Below are positions 24,474 to 30,992 of a stretch of DNA of 30,992 nt, one piece after another. Within the stretch, counting starts at the first letter, position 1. Each line of letters opens with the position of its first letter. Both the position numbers and the translations under genes were made by a program. Below the pieces are notes generated by a model. The model was not told the origin of the DNA. It did not search any database and saw only the letters and a program-made list of their open reading frames with translations. This DNA comes from a virus (taxonomy: Duplodnaviria; Caudoviricetes). The stretch spans positions 1 through 30,992 of the IMG/VR virus record IMGVR_UViG_3300008255_000333. One strand, written 5' to 3'.

Positions 24474-25100
24474 TTATTCTACCACTTCTAAGTTTTTTAT
24501 AAAATCTTCGCAAATTCTTGCTAGGGCATTTCCGTTTCCGTTTTGGTTGTCTGGGTATTCCGTGAAGTGTCCCAGCGCCTTGGCGGCTCGTAGTGCTTCT
24601 TGAATTATCTTTTTGTCTTGCCTTGCTACTTTAAGCACTACTTGCGGAAAGTCTGGATCTTCTTTGTCCGCTCCGTGTATGAAGCTCACTAGCTCCTGCA
24701 CCTCGGCTGCGTCAAACCCCGTCACTTTCATTTTCTGTTCGTCGCTGATGTCTAACTCTTTGAATAAAGCCTCTAACTTTTCCGCGTCCCACGGGTCGTG
24801 GATGTTGTTGAGCCCGAGGTTGGCCATTCGTTCGTCGGTCGGGTCTAGGTCTACTTCTAGCACTGGCACTTCTTCTAGTTTGAGCTCCTCGGCTATTCCT
24901 AGTCTGGTATGGCCGCCGATTATGGTCTTTGTCCTGATGTTTAGAATTATCGGCTCTAAGAAGCCGAACTCGGCAATGCTGGCTTTTAATTCTTCCTTGG
25001 TTCTTTCGCTTGGCCTATTCGGGTTGTAGCTCGCTATCATTTCCCGCAGCTCTGCTGTCTTGTACTGCTTGATTTGTGGGGCTTGGTTTGTCGTTGACAT
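24474..25100 (-). CDS. ParB/Srx N-terminal domain protein (paralogue 2)
   Basis: YNP, LKASIAEFGFLEPI, IIGGHTR, V.V..VDL. C-terminal NGNALARICE. Confidence 0.85.
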   Translation of the reverse strand: MSTTNQAPQIKQYKTAELREMIASYNPNRPSERTKEELKASIAEFGFLEPIILNIRTKTIIGGHTRLGIAEELKLEEVPVLEVDLDPTDERMANLGLNNIHDPWDAEKLEALFKELDISDEQKMKVTGFDAAEVQELVSFIHGADKEDPDFPQVVLKVARQDKKIIQEALRAAKALGHFTEYPDNQNGNGNALARICEDFIKNLEVVE

Positions 25101-25701
25101 AGATTTTGCTTATTGCCGCTAGGGCGTGGCCGAGGCTTTCCTCTACCTTGTCCGTTTTCGGCGTGTTTAATTTTTCCTGTGCTTTGTTTAATGCTTCCAG
25201 CACTCTGGCTTTTTGGGCTTTGCTTAATGTGAAGCTCATTTGCGTGTCGTCTGGCTCGTCTGTATCTGGTATGCGTGCGAATGCGTCGGTTTCTGGTACT
25301 TCTATCGGGGCGAGGAGGTTTGCTTTATCGTCTGCTGTTAAACCTGCGGCTGTTAGGTCTGCGTTTGGGGTTGCTAGCTCTATTTCTTTTACTAAGTCGC
25401 GGAGCTTGCCTGTGTCTTGCCTCTTGCTGCGGTTGTTCATTGCTAGGTTTAGGCGCTTCTCGTCGGCTTCGTCTAAGTCTACCAGCACACAGGGAGCTTC
25501 TTCTTGGCCTAGTGTTTTAAGGGCGGCTATTCTCTTGTGGCCGCTGATAATCGTCATATTTCTTTTGTTGACGACAATGTTGCCTAACATCCCGAACCTT
25601 TGAATGCTTTGCTCGAGCTGCACCTTGGTCTTGTCTGTTGTGATCCGTGGGTTGTAGGTGGCTTCGTTGAGCTCGCTGATTTTTAACAATTTGATTTCCA
25701 T
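25015..25701 (-). CDS. ParB/Srx N-terminal domain protein (paralogue 1)
   Basis: Probable start at 25701. YNPR, LEQSIQRFG, IISGHKR, VDLDEADEKRLNLAMN. Confidence 0.85.
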   Translation of the reverse strand: MEIKLLKISELNEATYNPRITTDKTKVQLEQSIQRFGMLGNIVVNKRNMTIISGHKRIAALKTLGQEEAPCVLVDLDEADEKRLNLAMNNRSKRQDTGKLRDLVKEIELATPNADLTAAGLTADDKANLLAPIEVPETDAFARIPDTDEPDDTQMSFTLSKAQKARVLEALNKAQEKLNTPKTDKVEESLGHALAAISKIYVNDKPSPTNQAVQDSRAAGNDSELQPE

Positions 25702-25705
25702 AAAG

Positions 25706-25852
25706 TTATTTTTTAACAAAGGCGCGCTTCATAACCCAGAGCCAGACGGGCTTTGGAATAAACCACGGCCGCGCGTTCCAGACTTGCTTTACTGTGTAGC
25801 TCCAGTCTTGGTCTACGTAGCGTCTTAGTTTTTTTGCTTGTTTGCTGTTCAT
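25706..25852 (-). CDS. Small basic Trp-rich protein (48 aa)
   Basis: MNSKQAKKLRR...PWFIPKPVWLW. ATGA overlap with the upstream gene. Confidence 0.6.
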   Translation of the reverse strand: MNSKQAKKLRRYVDQDWSYTVKQVWNARPWFIPKPVWLWVMKRAFVKK

Positions 25853-26103
25853 ATTCGTGTTGTTGCTTTTATGCCGTGGGCTCTTAGAAAAGCATTTGCC
25901 TGCTTGTCTATTTCCCTGACCTCTTGTTTGTAGTTGATGTTGTTTTCTATTTCCTTTTTTCTTCGCTCTGTAATAACGAACCCGCACCCGTCGCAAACGA
26001 AAACCTTTTGAAATTGCTGCGTTGCTGCCAGCGCGTGGTTGCAGTGTGGGCAGCGGTTGCTCTTTAGGTTTTCCCAGCCATATAGTGTTCGTTCGTGTGA
26101 CAT
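25849..26103 (-). CDS. Zn-ribbon hypothetical protein
   Basis: CPHC...CDGCGF. Confidence 0.65.
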   Translation of the reverse strand: MSHERTLYGWENLKSNRCPHCNHALAATQQFQKVFVCDGCGFVITERRKKEIENNINYKQEVREIDKQANAFLRAHGIKATTRI

Positions 26104-26107
26104 ATTC

Positions 26108-26611
26108 TTAAACCACTACTAACGAGCCGCGGTACATGCTCGCTATTCCTTTTAGGTTTTCAAATTCTTCCTTTCTCTTTTGTGAGGGAATAACACCTTT
26201 CTGTTTGCACCAGTTTTCAAAGCTGACGTGCTTGAGAATGTGGAAGAACTCTATTTCTTTGTACCATTCGTCCAGCGCCTCTGCTAAGGCTACCCTGTCT
26301 TGCGGGAAACAAAGCCCGTAGCCCTCTATGATTAAAACCTTAGCTTTGTTTTTGTTTAGCTCTTTAGTCATTAACTCAATGTAGGCGTTCCTCTTTAATC
26401 TTGCTAATTCCTCGGTCGGTATTTTCTGCCAGTACTTTGGGTTTGAGAATTCGTGCGGTTCTACTCCCTTTACTTTTGCCATTGAATGATAAGCGTAGTC
26501 TACGCAAATAACCGCGGCGTCCCCGTGGAACTCCGCCAGCTTCTTGGCTAGGGTTGACTTTCCCGAGCTCGGCACTCCCGTGATTGTGATTACTTTTTGT
26601 ATGCTTTCCAT
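26108..26611 (-). CDS. P-loop (NMP/polynucleotide kinase-like) protein
   Basis: ITITGVPSSGKST Walker A and VLIIEG. Probable start at 26611. Confidence 0.8.
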   Translation of the reverse strand: MESIQKVITITGVPSSGKSTLAKKLAEFHGDAAVICVDYAYHSMAKVKGVEPHEFSNPKYWQKIPTEELARLKRNAYIELMTKELNKNKAKVLIIEGYGLCFPQDRVALAEALDEWYKEIEFFHILKHVSFENWCKQKGVIPSQKRKEEFENLKGIASMYRGSLVVV

Positions 26612-27210
26612 ATAAATCTTTTTGACCTTGACGGCAGCTTGCTTGGGCTTATACTGTCCCCGCAAAACTCTACCCGTGCGAAGTTTTCGTTTAGTATTCT
26701 TTCTAATTCTTCCTGCTTTGGTGCGAAGTCTGGCTCGCCGTTTTCTACTGGGCTTTCTAGCACTAGCATTTCGTCGGTTAGGCTAGCCACTTGCTTGATA
26801 AACTCTGCCTTGTCCTCTACGTAGTGAAGCGTTGCTAATAAAAGCGTTATATCAAAATGCCCGAGGCCGCGCAGGGCGTTCGGGTCATTCAATTCTGCCT
26901 TTCTTAAATTATGGCCTACTCCGTTGTCTACGCAGTCCTCTAAATAGCGCCAGTTGCTGTCTATTCCTGTTGCGCTCTTTGCTCCTGCTTCTAGGCAGTT
27001 TCTCATTTGCTTGCCTGAGTTGCAGCCAATGTCTAGCACTGTCTTGCCTTTGACCTGCTCTGCTATGTTTAGCTTTTCCCATTTGCCTTGTGTGAATGCG
27101 TCGTTTTGGTAGTCGTTGTGCTCGCAAAATAAACGGCTTAGGTTTTCGTCGTTGAAGTCGTAGCTTCTTTCGCCGTTGTTGTCTTTGACTTTGAGGGTGT
27201 ATGTTTTCAT
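26590..27210 (-). CDS. Class I SAM-dependent methyltransferase (CmoB/DUF1698-like), not a DNA MTase
   Basis: GKTVLDIGCNSG, GID, FDITLLLATLHY, LVLE. No DPPY/NPPY or PC motif. Confidence 0.85.
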   Translation of the reverse strand: MKTYTLKVKDNNGERSYDFNDENLSRLFCEHNDYQNDAFTQGKWEKLNIAEQVKGKTVLDIGCNSGKQMRNCLEAGAKSATGIDSNWRYLEDCVDNGVGHNLRKAELNDPNALRGLGHFDITLLLATLHYVEDKAEFIKQVASLTDEMLVLESPVENGEPDFAPKQEELERILNENFARVEFCGDSISPSKLPSRSKRFIWKAYKK

Positions 27211-27479
27211 ATTTTGTTTATCTTATTTTGAAATGTATTTGTTATTTGGTTTATTTTTTCTAGCCCCTCGTTGATTACTTTTTCTATTCGCTCTTTTTCT
27301 TCTTGGTTTATTACGAATGCGCGCACGAGGCTGAGGTCGTCTAGGTGTTTCTTTTTCAAAAGTTGAAGCCCTGCCAGTATTGCCATTATGTCTAAAAAAT
27401 TGAGGTCTAGCTGTTTTGTTTCTGGTTGTTCTGGCTTCCTCGGTATTTCCCAGTTAAACCCTTTATTTTCTTCGCTCAT
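27207..27479 (-). CDS. Hypothetical protein (90 aa)
   Basis: ATGA overlaps at both ends. Confidence 0.6.
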   Translation of the reverse strand: MSEENKGFNWEIPRKPEQPETKQLDLNFLDIMAILAGLQLLKKKHLDDLSLVRAFVINQEEKERIEKVINEGLEKINQITNTFQNKINKI

Positions 27480-27973
27480 AGTTTTGGGAGGCACTCACTC
27501 CACCAGCTTGGGTAGCGTTGATACCAGATAAAAAATTGTTTTATGTTTTCTTGCCAGTTGTATTGGTCGCCCTCTGCCTTGATCCACTGCCACGTTGGGT
27601 CTGTGAATTGGTAGACGCCTTTTGCTGTGCTCTTTGGGTTTTTGGCGTAGGCGTCGTATTGGCTTTCACAGGCGGCTATCTTCATTGCTTCCTCTACTTT
27701 AACTACTGGGGTTATTGCCGCTTGAAGCGCGATGTATTGTTTGACTTCGTCCTTGGTTGGGTTCGGGTTTATTTCCTCTTGGCGTTCTTCTACTGGTCTT
27801 TCTATTTCCTCTGCCTCTAACTTCGGCGCTCCTACTGCTTCCGCTAAAAAGAAGAAAGCTATAAATGCTGCCGCTGCGTAAAGAATAAAACCTGCGAGCC
27901 ATTTTGTGGCTCTGTTCTTTTTCCTTTTTGGTATTGGTCTAGGGAATGACCCCCAGTTTCTTTTTGATTTCAT
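27476..27973 (-). CDS. Membrane-anchored lytic transglycosylase (SLT/lysozyme-like)
   Basis: Basic N-terminus, Ala-rich TM segment, then IAACESQY..AKNP.STAKGVYQF...TW. Confidence 0.8.
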   Translation of the reverse strand: MKSKRNWGSFPRPIPKRKKNRATKWLAGFILYAAAAFIAFFFLAEAVGAPKLEAEEIERPVEERQEEINPNPTKDEVKQYIALQAAITPVVKVEEAMKIAACESQYDAYAKNPKSTAKGVYQFTDPTWQWIKAEGDQYNWQENIKQFFIWYQRYPSWWSECLPKL

Positions 27974-27977
27974 ATTT

Positions 27978-28246
27978 GGGCTACTAAGCGAAGCGGGCGA
28001 ACTCGGCGGATAAGTCACGGCTGTTTAGGCGGTAGCTTATCTTCTTTCGGGTTGCCCCTACTCGTACCTGTTCGCTTGGTTGGCAGGTGGTGTTTAGCCA
28101 CCGCTCCGCTTTGCTTAATAGTCCACTCTCGCTCTTGTGGGAAAGGGCTAGCTTGTCTAGCCTCGCTGCGTGTCTAACATCCTTTGGAGCAATTGCCGCG
28201 CTGGCGTTAGGTTTTATCAGGTTTGTCTTTCCCAGAAGAGCGCGAG
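27978..28246 (-). ncRNA. Candidate structured RNA with two abutting multibranched domains
   Basis: Two ~20-bp closing helices (28246/28126 and 28124/27978), each enclosing several hairpins. Largest non-coding gap in the genome. Confidence 0.6.
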
Positions 28247-28285
28247 CTCCTCTGTGCCTTTTTTTAACTAACTTTAGCCTTGTAT

Positions 28286-28780
28286 TTAAAGTTTCAAAGC
28301 TGCTTGTGTTGTGCTTTCTTTCACTACTCTGCCCTCGTTGATTTCAAAGCCTCCCCAGTAGCCCTCGTTATCGTCTTGATTTACCACATACCAGTTGCTT
28401 GGGTCTTGCTCGTCTGGCATTAAATAACCGATTTGTTTCTTCTCTGTTTTGCTCACTATGGCTATTCTCGGTATTGGTTTTCCTTTGAGGAAGTCTGAGC
28501 CTTTTTTGGTTAGGCAGTAGTTTCCGCTTTCGCCGTCTACTTGTGCGATCAGCCCGTGATTTCTTGGAACGCTTAGGTTTCCGTTCTGGCTTACTGTCAG
28601 GAGCTTGCTTGGTATCATTTCCTTTGCGGGGTGAATGATGTTTATTCCTTTCGCTTTAATCGCTCCTGCGATTGCCTTGACGATGTCCTCTGCGCCTTTC
28701 GTCATTTTGGCTTCCCACGTTTCTGTTTGGCCGCAGCATTCGCATTTGCGCGGCTCGTGGTTTTGATAAAAGTTGGTCAT
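28286..28780 (-). CDS. Hypothetical protein, possible winged-helix with an N-terminal CxCC
   Basis: HGLIAQV...GNYCLTKKGSDFL wing-like motif. Confidence 0.6.
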   Translation of the reverse strand: MTNFYQNHEPRKCECCGQTETWEAKMTKGAEDIVKAIAGAIKAKGINIIHPAKEMIPSKLLTVSQNGNLSVPRNHGLIAQVDGESGNYCLTKKGSDFLKGKPIPRIAIVSKTEKKQIGYLMPDEQDPSNWYVVNQDDNEGYWGGFEINEGRVVKESTTQAALKL

Positions 28781-28851
28781 GTGCGTGTGTGTTAGTTTTT
28801 GTCTGGCGAGGGCTGCTTTGATTTCTCGCTGCAGCTTGGTCGCCTATTGTT

Positions 28852-28880
28852 AGTTTAGCAAATTGTCGGGAGGGTGTCAA
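28852..28880 (-). promoter_or_regulatory. Sigma70-type promoter with an extended -10
   Basis: TTGACA-CCCTCCCGACAATTTGC (17 bp)-TAAACT, in an intergenic gap. Confidence 0.7.
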
Positions 28881-28894
28881 ACACTTGTCTGTCC

Positions 28895-29128
28895 TTATTT
28901 TGCTAGGGTTTCGTAGTTGCTTGGGTCTTGTTCTTGATCTTCTTGCACATCTTCTACTTGGTAGCCGCTGGTATATTCGTCGGTTGTTCCGTCTGGTATG
29001 TTTCCGTCGTCTATCATTCCCTGCGCTATCTCTTTTGCTTCCTCGGCGTTTTCTGCTTTTACATAAAGCGTCCCGCTGTTGCTCTCACTGATTAAAACTT
29101 TGTAGTGTTTTGTTTTAGTCTTTGTCAT
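28895..29128 (-). CDS. Small acidic protein, DpnD/PcfM-like
   Basis: YKVLISE....LYVKAENAEEAKEIA. Confidence 0.6.
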   Translation of the reverse strand: MTKTKTKHYKVLISESNSGTLYVKAENAEEAKEIAQGMIDDGNIPDGTTDEYTSGYQVEDVQEDQEQDPSNYETLAK

Positions 29129-29132
29129 AGAT

Positions 29133-29351
29133 TTAGTTTAATTCTATAAACCCCCGAGGAAAGAATGCCATGTTCGGCTCGTCCTCGTAAATAAAAGCGA
29201 ACTTTTGACCGAAAGTATCAAATGCTATTTTTCTGGCTTCTTCTATGTTGGCGGCTTTTATGACCGCTATGCTGTCTTTATCAAATGTCGCGGTGTTCCC
29301 GCTTATTGCGTGGGCGTGTGTCTGCCCGAATGAAACGTAGTACTTGTTCAT
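29133..29351 (-). CDS. Hypothetical phage protein
   Basis: YYVSFG..H...IKA...EEARKIAFDTFGQKFAFIY. Confidence 0.65.
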   Translation of the reverse strand: MNKYYVSFGQTHAHAISGNTATFDKDSIAVIKAANIEEARKIAFDTFGQKFAFIYEDEPNMAFFPRGFIELN

Positions 29352-29361
29352 AATTGTGTTG

Positions 29362-29676
29362 TTAGTGAATTAGTTTTCTTAATTCGTCAAAGCTCCGCAC
29401 GATGTGGTATTCGCCGCCTTGCTTATTGACGAGCCTTTCAATTTCTTTTTGCTCTGGGCTTTGACGCCCAGTTTCTGTCTTGACTTCTATCGCAACGTAT
29501 CGGCCTTTTATTAAGCAGGTTATGTCCTGCACCCCTTTGCGCCCTGTCCTGAAGAAGCGGTCAGCCGTTTTAATTCCTCCCGCGGCGCTTCTAAAAAAGA
29601 ATAGCTTGCCTTGGTTCTCTAAAATCTGGAGGTAGTCAAGAATGCTTTTAATGATTTGTTGCTCTAGTATTTTCAT
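29362..29676 (-). CDS. VRR-NUC domain nuclease (putative Holliday junction resolvase)
   Basis: EQQI, GVQDI, AIEVK..TGRQSPEQ, GGEYHIVRS. Confidence 0.88.
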   Translation of the reverse strand: MKILEQQIIKSILDYLQILENQGKLFFFRSAAGGIKTADRFFRTGRKGVQDITCLIKGRYVAIEVKTETGRQSPEQKEIERLVNKQGGEYHIVRSFDELRKLIH

Positions 29677-29677
29677 T

Positions 29678-30079
29678 TTAGTACCCGCCGCCGCTTTTGA
29701 ATTCGTCGGACTTGTTTTGTAGTAATTTTTTAAGGGCGCGGATCACTTCTATAACTGTCTTTGAGTTAATCGACGCTATTTTGTAGTCGGCGTATTCGTC
29801 CGTTGCTTTTATTCTCTTGTCTGCTTGGCCGTCTGTTTCTGTTTCGCTTCTTAACTCTGCCCACTTTCTTGAGAGGGCTTGCTCGGCATTTAATTCTAGG
29901 CTGGCCGCTTCGTGAAGTTTCGCGCTAAGCAAAACAATTTCGGCCGAGATAACCGCTGGCGTTTCTTCGCTGATTTCTTCCAGCGTGCTGTTCTGGTATT
30001 TGCCTATAATTTCCGAGGCCGTTATTCTATGTCGAGCTTCTGAGCCGCTCGTAGTAGTTGGTTTGTTGTTGTCGTTCAT
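29678..30079 (-). CDS. Hypothetical helical protein
   Basis: ORF in the operon, ending 1 nt before the VRR-NUC start. Confidence 0.6.
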   Translation of the reverse strand: MNDNNKPTTTSGSEARHRITASEIIGKYQNSTLEEISEETPAVISAEIVLLSAKLHEAASLELNAEQALSRKWAELRSETETDGQADKRIKATDEYADYKIASINSKTVIEVIRALKKLLQNKSDEFKSGGGY

Positions 30080-30251
30080 AAGTTTTTTGTAAAAGTTTGA
30101 AAAATTGAAAACCCTTTGCGCTATGTGCTCGGTTGTGGCAGCGCCAGCAGAGCGGTATTGTTATGTCGCTCTTGGCTCGGTAGTAGAGGTGGTGGTCGTG
30201 AATTGACCCGTCGTCCCCCTCGTTGCCGCAATAAAAGCACTTTTTTCTCAT
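30027..30251 (-). CDS. HNH endonuclease-like protein
   Basis: CFYC...HDHH...LCWRCHNRAH. Confidence 0.75.
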   Translation of the reverse strand: MRKKCFYCGNEGDDGSIHDHHLYYRAKSDITIPLCWRCHNRAHSAKGFQFFKLLQKTYERQQQTNYYERLRSST

Positions 30252-30790
30252 AAATTCTTTACTCTGTCGTAGCTAATCGAGCGCGCTTCGACTGGCGGCT
30301 CTGCTTGTTTTTTCGCGTATTCTATCTGGTCTAATTTTTTGCTCCAAGCGTTGCGAGCTACTTGCCAGAGGTGGTAGCGGGGTATGTCTTTAATTCCTCC
30401 GTCTGCGATTATGCCCTCGCGTCTTAGGAGGAGGTTTTCCCACTTGTAGAGCATTGTGTTGTTCCAGTCTATAAAACCTCGGCCGTCTGGTTTTGCTACT
30501 TCTTTTTTAATTTCTGCGATTAAGTATTGCACGTCTGGCAAATGTTCCTCGTTGCTCCCGTCGCTTCTTTCGTAGTTGGCTGGTCTTGTGTCTGGGTATT
30601 GCTGGTAGTATTCTTGCGTGGTTAGCACTTTACTGATGTTCTTGACTGCGATCACTTGGCCGTTAACTCTCACGAAGTCTTGCCCTGTTGAAAAGAGGAG
30701 CTGTTCCTCCTTGGCCGTTATGGCCAGCGTGGTTTTGTCGTAGAAAATTATCACGTGTGTTTTTGGGTTGGTTGTTAGTTGTTGTGTCAT
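30248..30790 (-). CDS. Hypothetical protein following the replication initiator
   Basis: 180-aa ORF with an ATGA overlap with the HNH gene. Confidence 0.65.
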   Translation of the reverse strand: MTQQLTTNPKTHVIIFYDKTTLAITAKEEQLLFSTGQDFVRVNGQVIAVKNISKVLTTQEYYQQYPDTRPANYERSDGSNEEHLPDVQYLIAEIKKEVAKPDGRGFIDWNNTMLYKWENLLLRREGIIADGGIKDIPRYHLWQVARNAWSKKLDQIEYAKKQAEPPVEARSISYDRVKNL

Positions 30791-30794
30791 ATTT

Positions 30795-30992
30795 TTAGCT
30801 TATGTCCGCCACCATTGGGCGGTTATTTTTTTGAGCGTGAATTGCGAGCTGCGCGAACTTTTCCCGTAGTTGGTAGGGTGTGGTTATTGTCGGGGCGTAT
30901 TTTTGCCCTTGAATTTTAACTGCGTATTTTGCCGCTTTTATTGCCTGCTCGTGGCCGACCTTTTTAATTAACTCTTGTGCCGCTCCTCGCTG
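30795..30992 (-). CDS. C-terminal fragment, probably of the replication initiator begun at 455
   Basis: Open from the window end: QRGAAQELIKKVGHEQAIKAAKYAVKIQGQKYAPTITTPYQLREKFAQL...*. Resembles initiator C-terminal domains. Confidence 0.7.
   Translation of the reverse strand, partial: QRGAAQELIKKVGHEQAIKAAKYAVKIQGQKYAPTITTPYQLREKFAQLAIHAQKNNRPMVADIS

Noticed and set aside
24474-25701. Plasmid-prophage ParABS partition system
   Set aside because: No ParA and no parS-like array. The proteins lack an evident HTH and sit in a modification cassette.
28205-28225. CUGAUAA as a hammerhead ribozyme core
   Set aside because: Deviates from CUGANGA, and no correctly placed GAAA or stem arrangement was found.

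Overview
Apparently a near-complete ~31 kb genome of a tailed (siphovirus-like, HK97-fold) dsDNA phage. All credible genes lie on the minus strand. The two window ends look like the two halves of one replication-initiator gene, so the molecule is probably circular or terminally redundant with a short stretch missing. Modules are replication/recombination (wHTH initiator with internal iterons, Bet-type SSAP, PD-(D/E)XK exonuclease), lysis, tail (with a -1 frameshifted chaperone), head (portal-MuF fusion, protease, capsid, embedded double glycosyltransferase) and terminase. No integrase, polymerase or helicase was recognised. A Patescibacteria (CPR) host is inferred from protein motifs and the lack of Shine-Dalgarno sites. 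The highlight is a DNA-modification cassette: two ParB-N paralogues, a Mom-like adenine-modifying enzyme and, 4 nt downstream, an atypical tRNA-Gly (anticodon ACC, bulged T-stem) that may be a dedicated glycyl donor. Also notable are a ~270-nt two-domain structured RNA, four promoters sharing a TTGACA-N6-CGACA element, and a moron in the lysis module. All family assignments come from motif recognition by eye, not database searches.
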